Below are positions 40,123-50,692 of a DNA stretch of 63,907 bases, one piece after another; position 1 is the first letter of the stretch, and every line of letters begins with the position of its first letter. The stretch is from Octopus bimaculoides (lineage: Eukaryota), in the NCBI RefSeq assembly GCF_001194135.2, contig NC_068986.1, positions 15,992,620-16,056,526 on the forward strand. Reading direction: 5' to 3'. Position numbers and translations under genes: made by a program. Below the pieces are notes generated by a model. It had not been told where the DNA came from, did no database searches, and saw only the letters and a program-made list of their open reading frames with translations.

Positions 40123-42256
40123 GATGATGATGATAATCTTTATGGTAAGTGACAGTGGGTTTTGTCTGTGGCATCATCAGGCTGCTACTGTGGAGAATGG
40201 TGAATAGATTATTTACGCTGGTTTGGAGTATGTATGACATAACACTCTCCGTAGACGTTGTGAGGGTGATGTTATAAGCGTACAGTGTGGGTAAGATGTC
40301 GCATAGATTACAAAGCTTGAAGAAAGAATTCAGCATTCAGGAAATGCTGTTGAAATACGCAACATAAACATGGTAACTGCACAGTATGTTTGCTAGGCAT
40401 AACTTTACATCGAAGTTTTTAAAGAATATCTTATATTTTTTCATAAATGAACGGCGGGTGGTTGGAGTATATGTATGGGAGTTGTTTATTTATGTAATTT
40501 TCTATTATTTGAATTAGGATTGTGATTAGTGCGACCGCCATTTATATTAAAATTTGAATGACTTTGTTTTTTTTTTTCTCAGATCAAATGCAATGATGTA
40601 GAAATTACAGCTAACATGTTTGAACCTTTCTAGAGTGAATGAGTGTGTTTTAGCAAAATAATGCCATTTCGTTTTGGGTCTGGTAGAGATTTCAGAATTG
40701 TTAAGATAGTCCATAGATTCCGGATTTTAGGAAATTGTCAGATTTGATATTAAAGGATGTAAATTCTGGTGGGCACTGTGGATCTTTATGAAATTCTCTG
40801 AATTTTCCATGAAACAGACCTGGAATTTAGGTGGTATGTCATCAATGTAGTCGTGCATGGCGACGAAATTACGTTGACAAACTTAAGTGATTGTCTGACT
40901 GAACGAGTAATTAATCACACAAATGTATCGGATCGTCAGGGCTGTTGGCAGTTATGTAAGACAAGGCACTGGACCTGCAATGCTACAGTCCGTGAGTAGT
41001 AACAGTCAAAGAAGTGTTAGGATCAGTGGGTGCATTGACTGCCGTGGAAAAAGTAATCGGAGGGAGTAGGGGCGAATATGGATGAATGAGAGATAAAAAG
41101 ATAAATGTATGTACATTAGCCTTTTGCCTCTCTAATGCATTATCATATGTTTGTCCGAAACGTCCATCCTTGTCTTCAATTTGCTCTTGTTTTATACGTC
41201 CTGAGCAATATAAGTTTTTTCCTTTCAAACATATATATGTATGTGTACATATGCGTATACGTATTAATGCATAGCGTTTGAAAACAAGATTATCAGATTT
41301 TATACAAACCAAAGAATTTATTTCAATGTTGAACACTGGTCACATTTTATCAACTTTTCATGAATTCAAAGTTAAAATCAAACTCTTTTATTAACATTTT
41401 TTATACATATACTAATTTTTGCTTGTTATTTAATTGTAATTAATTGCAGAATACAAATTACACTTCATACGTGCATTGGTGAATACTTGCCTATATGGAA
41501 AAGTCAAAACAACAACGTATACTTCCATGAATCTTACACCTCATTGAAATGCAGTTAACCGAACGCAAAACTGATGGAGTCTGCTAAGTTTCAAATCTAC
41601 TTCCATTTGAATTCATTTCAAGTTTGTGGTTTGGTGTTTAACAAAACCGAAAAGACACGCCATAAATATTTATTTATTCATTGATTAACTTGGAAAGTCG
41701 TTGATAATTTCTATTTATTTCGATGTCAGATTTGTTAGAATATTGGAAAAAAAAAAAAAAACTTTATTTTATTTGTTCCGTCCATTAGGTCTTCTGATCA
41801 AAATCCTTGTCTATCAAAATTTGCATTTCATCCCTCTAAGGTACCAGTGATGGACTTCGGTGAATTTGATAAACGAATTCTTTTCCCTAAAAATTGTTTT
41901 CGTGTTCTTATTTTCGCTGTATTGAAAATGCTTTGCGTAGGAAGTGTGCGGTGCTTAGTGGTGCTATTTTCTGTATGTTATATACACTTGTAAGTCAATG
42001 TGTTTTCGTTTTGTGTTTGTCTGAATGTTTTTTCATCATACCTACTATTTTAGAAATTGTTTATGTTTTTTTGCGCTTCACATTCGAGTTACCTGTATTT
42101 CCAGATCTTTGTATTTTGAAAGTTTCTCTGTTTCTTTTAGAAAAACGCTGTCATCTTTTGGTATTGATACATCGATTAGAGCGCAACTTTTCCTTGATGA
42201 TCTCTGACAACTATATCCGTTCTATTATCCTTGATTTTTCTATCTCTGTGTATTGG

Positions 42257-42291
42257 ATTATTATTATTATTATCATTATTATTATTATTAT

Positions 42292-42365
<74 letters not shown>

Positions 42366-42430
42366 TTTTAATTTTTATTAATAATATTATTATTATTATC
42401 ATTATTATTATTATTATTATTATCATTATT
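42257..42430. repeat. Compound (ATT)n(ACT)n(ATT)n microsatellite
   Basis: Direct reading. Confidence 0.95.
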
Positions 42431-42952
42431 GAGTGTGAGTGCAGTGCATGCCATCAATGTGACACTGATCCCGTTTACTTCTGCTCGTGATCAGAGATGT
42501 ACCAAGGGACATGCTCAACTGGTTAAGGTCAAACCACTAACAAGCAAATCTGTGGTATTGAGCAGAATATTTGCTGTAGCTAATCTTTTGCTCCAAGGCA
42601 AAACATGTAGTTGATAACACTTCCAATCAGTTACGATCAGAAGCCATAAGAATCGGTGCCTGGTATTGCATCCCTAAGAGGCAATTCTTCTGTAGAAGCT
42701 TTACAAGGCGCTCCTTTATGCATTTCTGTATGTTATCACTTACAGTCCGTTGTGCGGGAATCACAGAAGCTACAAGTTTTACGGATTTCATGTTCCAAAT
42801 CGCTCTAATTGTGATAGTCTAGATTTTTTTGCCAGTTTGTCGTCTTTTCTCTCTTGATAATTCTGGAAACAAATGATTTCGATTCAACTTTTCTGTTACT
42901 GTAAGATCTCACTTGTTACATTCTGTATCCTTTCCTGTTTGAACTGGAAAAT

Positions 42953-43102
42953 TCTTCTTCTTCTTCTTCTTCTTCTTCTTCTTCTTCTTCTTCTTCTTCT
43001 TCTTCTTCTTCTTCTTCTTCTTCTTCTTCTTCTTCTCATCATTGTTTGTAGCAGCATTAGCAGTCGTATTGGTAGTAGTGGCAGCAGCGGCGGTAGTAGT
43101 AA

Positions 43103-43161
<59 letters not shown>
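42953..43161. repeat. (CTT)n and (AGT)n microsatellites
   Basis: Direct reading. Confidence 0.95.
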
Positions 43162-43489
43162 TTCTGTAGTCGTATTGTTTAACACTTGCATTGAGAACTT
43201 CCGAATATCCGAATGCAGCTCTGTGTCCCATGGATACTTACGAAGTTTTGCTTGGGTCATGTTATTTTCAATGTAGGGCTAGATCTCTACGAATAGAGCT
43301 CTTAGAAGTTCTAACGTTTTTAAGATGCAGATATTTGTACTTCATTGTCAGTCCTTATCTACGTGTTTTCCAATTAGTTGCAAATCATCTGTCATATTGT
43401 AATTGTGACTATTTCTTATGTCTATTTCTCATTATTTGAATAATTCCTTTACTTATTATCTTCATTTTTATATCTTGGGTGTTAGTTCG

Positions 43490-43705
43490 ACAAGCTGGCC
43501 GAATCGTTACATTCTCGACAAAATGATCAGTAGGATATTTTATCCAGTTCAATACGTTTTGAATTAAATATCGCTGCAGCTAACTTTGCCTTTCATCCTT
43601 TTGTGACCTACAAAATAAGTACCAGTCGAACACTAAGAGTCGTTATAATCAAATTACACCCTGATCCCTAAAATTGCTGATCTTGTGCCAAAATTTGAAA
43701 CGATT
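43490..43705 (+). mobile_element. SINE family A, diverged
   Basis: AAGCTGGCCGAATCGTTA...AACTTTGCCTTTCATCCTTTTG...AAATAAGTACCAGT...AAAATTGCTGATCTTGTGCCAAAATTTGAAAC. Confidence 0.65.
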
Positions 43706-44958
43706 ATATTTTTGGTGCAATTTTTCGATTAGGGCACTTACCTTCTTCTAGAAATCCTTGACACAACATCACGTTGATACACCCAGCATGTATCATTGTG
43801 TCTTTTACAATATCCCGGCTATGATTTGTTTTTACCAGGCACAAGGACGTTTTCTGATGTATACCAATGCCATTTCTTTTCTGTATGTATTTCATATTTC
43901 TCGCAAATCTAGCAATATGATTCCTAAGTCCAAATTTTGTCATAACTAACGAGCATTTTCTGATATCTATCCGACATTACGTTATAAACTTACTTTGAAA
44001 TAAATCAAATCTTTTATGGAATCTAATACATAAAGTACGGAATATAAACTGATTCAATCACATTTCCGCTGAATATTTTTGAATCTCTACTACTATCAAA
44101 AGCCATTTACTTTTACCAACGGATTGTTGCCAAAATTTAATAGAGATGTTCATCCGTGCATAATCATTGCATAATTGTTTTAGTTTCTCATTTGCCATTG
44201 AGGATGTGATTTCTGGCAAAATTTAATGCAATCTGAAATGACCATTTGGGAATTGAAGAGTAATGAATTATTATCAATCAAAATTAATCTATATCGTCGT
44301 TCTTTATCAATTTTATTGATCTCCTCCATAAATACATCACTAATGTATAGTGCTAAACTGGAAGTTTCTTTACTTTTGGTGCTGACTTTAATGCAAAACT
44401 TTTATTATGAGTTTTAACACGCTTTATACAGCATCCACTTATTGTATTGCTGCTACCGAGAAGGTGATTTCCTTCTGGGGAAACAGAAAGCTTCAAAAGT
44501 TGCTTCTATTGATAAATATTTGATCTTATGTAACGTTGAGTCTTCCCGTGAATGGCTAATTTATTAGATTTTGTTACCTAAATTGTGATATTTTTTTTCC
44601 GATATGGCTAAACCACAACATTATCAGTTATAGTTCAGCTACTTGTGATAGATATCTGCTTTATAAGCAAATTGAATGTTACTTCAAATGATTGTCTCAT
44701 GCGGCAGAGAAAGGTATAATTGAAAACAATACAAAAAAAATATAAATAATATTCAAAATGTAATAATGTGCATTCATGCATTCGAAGTCCAGGCAACGCT
44801 GTGTCATTTCTACTTTGTGTTTTTTCTCAAGCAGTTTGTCAAAGGTCCAAAATACATACACAGAAGACAAACACAAACACACGCATTCATACACGCAAAC
44901 ACACATTTACGACTGCAGTTATATATATACATGTTGATCTATATATATATATATACAT

Positions 44959-45122
44959 AGGTACAGGAGTGGCTGAGTGGTAAGTAGGTTGCTTACCAAC
45001 TACATGGTTACAGGTTCAGTCAAACTTCGTGGCACCTTGGGTAGGTGTTTATACTGTAGCCTCGGGCCGACCAAAACGTTGTGAGTGGATTGGTAGACGG
45101 AAACTGAAAGAAGTCCGTCGTA

Positions 45123-45125
<3 letters not shown>
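44959..45125 (+). mobile_element. SINE family B head and core, running into (TA)n(TG)n
   Basis: AGGAGTGGCTGAGTGGTAAG...GGTTCAGTC...GGCACCTTGGG...GCCTCGGGCCGACCAAA...GGTAGACGGAAACTGAAAGAAGTCCGTCG. Confidence 0.85.
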
Positions 45126-45157
<32 letters not shown>

Positions 45158-45186
45158 NNNNNNNNNNNNNNNNNNNNNNNNNNNNN

Positions 45187-45240
<54 letters not shown>

Positions 45241-46129
45241 GTACATGTCTAGATATGAAAGTAAATGCATGAGAAGACATACATAAAACAAAACACGATT
45301 CTGCAGACATACATGCATATATATATATATATATAATTTTTCGACCACTAAGCGACGAAAGTAAAAACTTCTATACATACTGGTTTAACTAAACAATCAC
45401 CCATTTAGGTCATGTTGTGGCTACTTCCCCATATTGTAATAAAATAGGAATAAAATGAAAAAAAATATAACTTAGATAAATCTTTCAAAATATCAGTTCT
45501 CTAAATTTACAACGATATATATATATATACTTCTATATGTGTCTGTATAAATATAACATACACACACATATTTATATAAGTATATATACAATTACATATG
45601 TGTGTTTGTGTGTGTGCATACACACACGCATGCTTTTCTGTGCGCATATATATAGAAAGAGTTAACTGTCTGCGTAGACATATACTTACTTATATTGGTA
45701 TGCTAGTGTATTTCTCGTATGTAAATAACTATAAATGGAGTTACTAATCACAATATCTGTCACTAAATACTATAAGTGAATATTTGAAGTGCAAATCGTT
45801 TAGTTAGAAAAAATACTCAAAATTTGACATTTCCTGTTAAACGAATTTTTCCAGCTGCAATTTTTATAAGAATATATCACATTTTCGCACTGTCATTCAT
45901 CTACTTGTTTCCGACATCAAACCATTCAGAGATTTTTTCAATTATTTTGCCTGGGACTCGTTATCAGCAGCTTTACGAATGGCATCATTTGGATATACAT
46001 TTGAATTCGTTTATGTATATGTAAAAAAAACATCAAAACAAAAATGGAACTTAACAGACGACAACAAAGCACTCGGACCTAAGGTGATACGGTAAAGAAC
46101 AGGTAAAAAAAAGAAGGACGAACATCTGG

Positions 46130-46240
46130 TGCTTTCAGTTTCCTGTCCTGGGGGTCGATTTGTCCGACGAAACGCAGTGCTCCACCATGGCCGCAGTCAA
46201 ATGACGGAAACAAATAAAGTAATAAGAGAATAAAAGAGTA
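46130..46240 (+). mobile_element. SINE family B tail end
   Basis: GGGGTCGATTTG..CGAC..GCAGTGCTCCACCATGGCCGCAGTCAAATGACGGAAACAAATAAAG. Confidence 0.65.
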
Positions 46241-48230
46241 ACCTGTCTACAAAATTGTGACATCAACGTATATTTTCAGTGGAAGCATTTATTTGACACG
46301 TGCGATTGTGAACTCTCATTATAATGCTATGAGGAAACAGCACGAATCTACTTCAATAGGTTAGAAAATACGAAAAGAAAAGAAAAAGAAAGGAAAAAAT
46401 GAGAAACAAAAATGTGTCTCAATTTCAAACAGTACATATTCAACATCATATTTTGAGGATGCAGTGAATCAGAAATTATATTTTCATCAGTTATCAGCAC
46501 AACAGGGAGCGCGCATTCTTGTGAACATCTAAACGACTTTCACATACAACTCATACTTGAATTGTTAGGTGAGATGGGTTTTCCGGAAGCATAACATATT
46601 CATTTTAAGCGTTCGCCAACCATACAAATGATGACGTTCAAAAGCATAATTGTTCAATGAAGTCCGTAATTTCTCTGACTATATTAGTGTAGTAATAAAA
46701 AGCTTATGTCAACCATTTTAAATATAATATAGCATAACAAGTAATTGCTGATGCTATTTCTGAGCGTGTCTAATATAACTTCTTCCGTGTGTTATAAATG
46801 ATATTGTTTCTTTTAAATTCTGATATAGCCATGAGTTTGTCCTTCCCTAGATATCCATACATACAGGGAGACATCGCGAAGCAGTGATGTGTATAACAAC
46901 AATCTCGTTACTTGTTCGAATATGAAGTGGTAACAATCCTGTATATACACCCATCTCTACCTAGTGATGTCACCCCGTATTCAATTTATAGCGAGCCGCT
47001 GAATAGCACAACCAGAGTTTAAACGATGACGGGAATATCATAAAAGGGGCCTGTCTCTCGTGTCTGTTCACAATGCGTCCCTTTCCAGTCTCTGTGACTG
47101 AAGAGGAAATAACCACTCCGAAATGCATGCACCCCACATAGAGGCTACATAGTACTGTGAGCTGACTCGATGTATTTGCATCTATTTGCAACGAAACGTT
47201 TTCTCCGTGCGAAAATCCATTGAATGGTTTTCTTACGAGTTCGAATATGCGTGTAGCATATTAGAACTCGTAAAGAGTTTGTATTGATACATACTTAATC
47301 GTATGAGCTTTAAATTCACGATCCTTATGTAAGATATTTTTTTTCTGTCTCTTACGACGTGTAAGGCCTGTTATCTGTTTTCCATGGCGTATAAGTGACC
47401 GAAAACACAACATTCCCTCTAAATGGGACGCTGATGCATTTCAGATGTTTAAGGGCAGCAATGTTTGAGGGAATTGCATCGACCACGAAGTTATAAAGGG
47501 CAAATTTCAAATCTGCGGGACGAGATGACACAGATTCAGAAGAAATAGCGCTAATCATATTGCAGTAACGATTCTGCCAGCCAATTGTCTTTGGACAAGC
47601 TTTAAGCTAAATATATACATATATATATGATAGTGTACAAGCAATTTACGTATATATACATGAAAGAGGAAAGAGGTAACCTTTAACAGGACACCTTACA
47701 TGCTAGAAAGGGCAGTTAAAGCTCACACAACGAATAAGAGCAATTTCAATGGGAATGAAAATAAAACCAAATATTCTTGTAGATGCCCTCAGACTCGAGT
47801 CTCTGTATCAATGTGCTAAATAAATTAATTTCCCATCCGTACTTCTTCAGTGCGGGCGCTAAAATTAATGCATATTTATGCAGAAAATAGCACCGAAAAT
47901 ACACGTGCTACATGCGTATACATAATAATTTTCAAATGCACCGCGTAAGCGGAAGAACTAGTTTACTGGAATAACTAGTGAGATGAGGGCATACATGGTC
48001 ACCTGAATAATATCGATACAATAAGCAAAGTGAGGAAATGGCACTATGAAGACCAAAGGATGAACTGCTTAGTGAGCGATTCACTGGCAGTCGCTTGAAT
48101 GGTGTTCGTGTGTAACGGCTGCATGGCACCTTGAATATAAATCTTGCATAGTTACATCACTTTCTTCAATTCTAGAGTGGTATATCATAACAGATATCAC
48201 TTGATATCTGTCAAGGTATTACTTGATAAA

Positions 48231-48463
48231 GGCGGCGAGCTGGCAGAAACGTTAGCGCGCCGGACGAAATGCTTAGCGGTATTTCTTCTGTCTTTACGTT
48301 CTGAGTTCAAATTCCGCCGAGGTCGACTTTGACTTTCATCCTTTCGGGGCCAATTAAATAAGCACCAGTTACGCAATGGGGTCGATGTAATCGACTTAAT
48401 CCCTTCGTCTGTCCTTGTTTGTCCCCTTTATATTTAGCCCACTGTGGGCAATAAAGAAATAAG
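48231..48463 (+). mobile_element. tRNA-derived SINE, family A, full length
   Basis: GGCGGCGAGCTGGCAGAAACGTTAG head (A-box-like), GAGTTCAAATTCC (B-box-like), GGTCGACTTTG..CATCCTTTCGGGG body, and A-rich tail AATAAAGAAATAAGA. Many homologous copies occur in the window. Confidence 0.85.
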
Positions 48464-48969
48464 ATATCACTTGAACTTTCAGGCATTCTATAAATAGTAC
48501 AAAAGAGCTTAATTATTTTCTTGTTAGAGAGAAGGATGCGTATGATCTGGAATGGTAAATTTTCTTATTTTATGAATACCGGATTGATAGGAAGTATCTG
48601 CATAGAATGTTACACCTGAAATCTAAAACACTTTGGAATGTATTCACCGTACGTTATCTAAAACAAGGCTTGACAATGTACAAAACTGAATTCTTCAGCA
48701 TTGTGTGTGCGTGTGCTTGTGTGTGTTTCTTATAATGCAAAGTAGACTTTAATCAAATAGTTGTCTGAGTGAAGGATCTAGTATAATCCCTTAGCATTCC
48801 TTATACTGCAAATATAAAGTAATGCCTTACTATCCATGTGTATTTGTGCTTGTGTGTGTGTGTGTGCGTGCGTGCGTGCAGGAATGTAATCATGTTTATG
48901 ATGACACGGAGAAAATTATTTACATTTCTTTAGCAAAATATATTCTTTCCCACAATTGGCAGAACGCTC

Positions 48970-49108
48970 GACATTTTGTGGGAAGGGGACCACTCGATTA
49001 TATCGGCCCTAGTACGTAACTGGTACTTAATTTAACGACACCGAAATGAAGAAAAGCAAAGTCGACCTCGGCTGAATTTGAACTCAGAACATAAAGACAG
49101 ACGAAATA
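48970..49108 (-). mobile_element. SINE family A, head-less copy abutting the 49114 copy
   Basis: Contains AAAGTCGACCTCGGCTGAATTTGAACTCAGAAC and ACTGGTACTTAATTT on the plus strand. Confidence 0.8.
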
Positions 49109-49113
49109 ACATT

Positions 49114-49349
49114 TCTTATTTCTTTACTGCCCACAAGGGGCTAAACATAGAGGGGAGAAGCAAGGACAGACAAAGGGATTAAGTTGATTACATCGATCCC
49201 AGTGGGTAACTGGTACTTAAGTTATCGACCCCGAAAGGATGAAAGGCAAAGTCAACCTCAGCGGAATTTGAACTCAGAAATGTAACGGCAGACGAAATAC
49301 CGCTAAGCACTTCGCCTGGCGTGCTAAAGTTTCTGCCATCTCGCTGCCT
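49114..49349 (-). mobile_element. SINE family A, full length, same tail subfamily as 48231-48463
   Basis: Reverse complement of the 48231 copy, including the AATCCCTT..GTCTGTCCTTG..TTAGCCC..TGTGGGCA..AAGAAATAAGA tail. Confidence 0.85.
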
Positions 49350-50198
49350 TAACGAAGTATATTACAGAGGTATATAAGGTTTTACCTGCTGTCTAAAAAC
49401 ACTTGAACGAAATTCGAGCCGTTGCTAAAGAATTTCGAATGACCGCTGCGTATTTCGCTGCTTATGTTTATTCCTAGGTCAACAGTTTCTAACCAAACTT
49501 GTACAACGAATGATTGCATCCTCGTCATTTCATCTCCCTTTCCAATATATTATATCTACACTATACAATCCAATATTACTGTCTATATATTTATGACAGG
49601 TATGATGTGATGGCCGGATAATAGTGATTTCTAGGAGGATTTGTTACAAGAATTGGTGTTCATTTGTTAGTCTTGCTTAAATCTGCTTTGTTTGCTACTT
49701 GCTGTTTCCACGGTTGGTCACTTGACTTTCAATAAAAAGGTTGAATTTACAAACAAATGGTTGGTTGTTAGATCATTGTCAACGCATGATCCGTTAATGT
49801 TCGTGATCTCAAGTGGAAATTTACCTTTGATCTCTCATCAGCGAGTAAAGCCCTCATCATAGTGAGAATGATTAACTCCGGCGTTTGAACATTAGTTACG
49901 ATTAAATGAACATTGAAGGAATAAAGCTGAATGTTGAGTCCGTCTCCCTCATTAGATTGGAACAATCTCCCGTTTTCTTTAACTGACCGTTATATAAATA
50001 CAATTACGATCAAAGAGTAACAACATTAAACTTTAACATAATGCTCTCTGACAAAAATAACAAAAATGAATCAAATTTCGTTACTATAATGATGGCTTCA
50101 GAAAGTCTTGTTCATTTTTTTTTTTATTTCTTTTATACTAACCAAACAGGAGGTTAGAAATTGCGTCAGGTGAAAGTATGTACCATAAGAGCTTTCAA

Positions 50199-50425
50199 AT
50201 CTAAACGGATATACACAACCGGAAATTTACAGGCCGCTGAAGTATGTGAATATGCGTGCGTGTAAAAAGCGCAAATGGAGTTATAGCATTACGCTGCTTA
50301 GCAAGTCCACCATTTCCTTTACAAAGTAAACTGACGAAATATATACATGCATGCATACTTGTATAGATATATATGTATATATGTGCCTGCACACATACAC
50401 ACACACGCACACACACATATAATAT

Positions 50426-50459
<34 letters not shown>

Positions 50460-50692
50460 NNNNNNNNNNATCTAAACGGATATACACAACCGGAAATTTA
50501 CAGGCCGCTGAAGTATGTGAATATGCGTGCGTGTAAAAAGCGCAAATGGAGTTATAGCATTACGCTGCTTAGCAAGTCCACCATTTCCTTTACAAAGTAA
50601 ACTGACGAAATATATACATGCATGCATACTTGTATAGATATATATGTATATATGTGCCTGCACACATACACACACACGCACACACACATATA
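50199..50692 (+). repeat. Identical 223-bp duplication across a 10-N gap (probable assembly artefact)
   Basis: 50199-50421 equals 50470-50692, with no differences seen. The copies are separated by (TA)n and a short gap. Confidence 0.85.

Noticed and set aside
50199-50692. 223-bp tandem duplication as a real event
   Set aside because: The copies are identical and sit on either side of a 10-N gap, typical of unmerged contig overlap. Long reads would decide.
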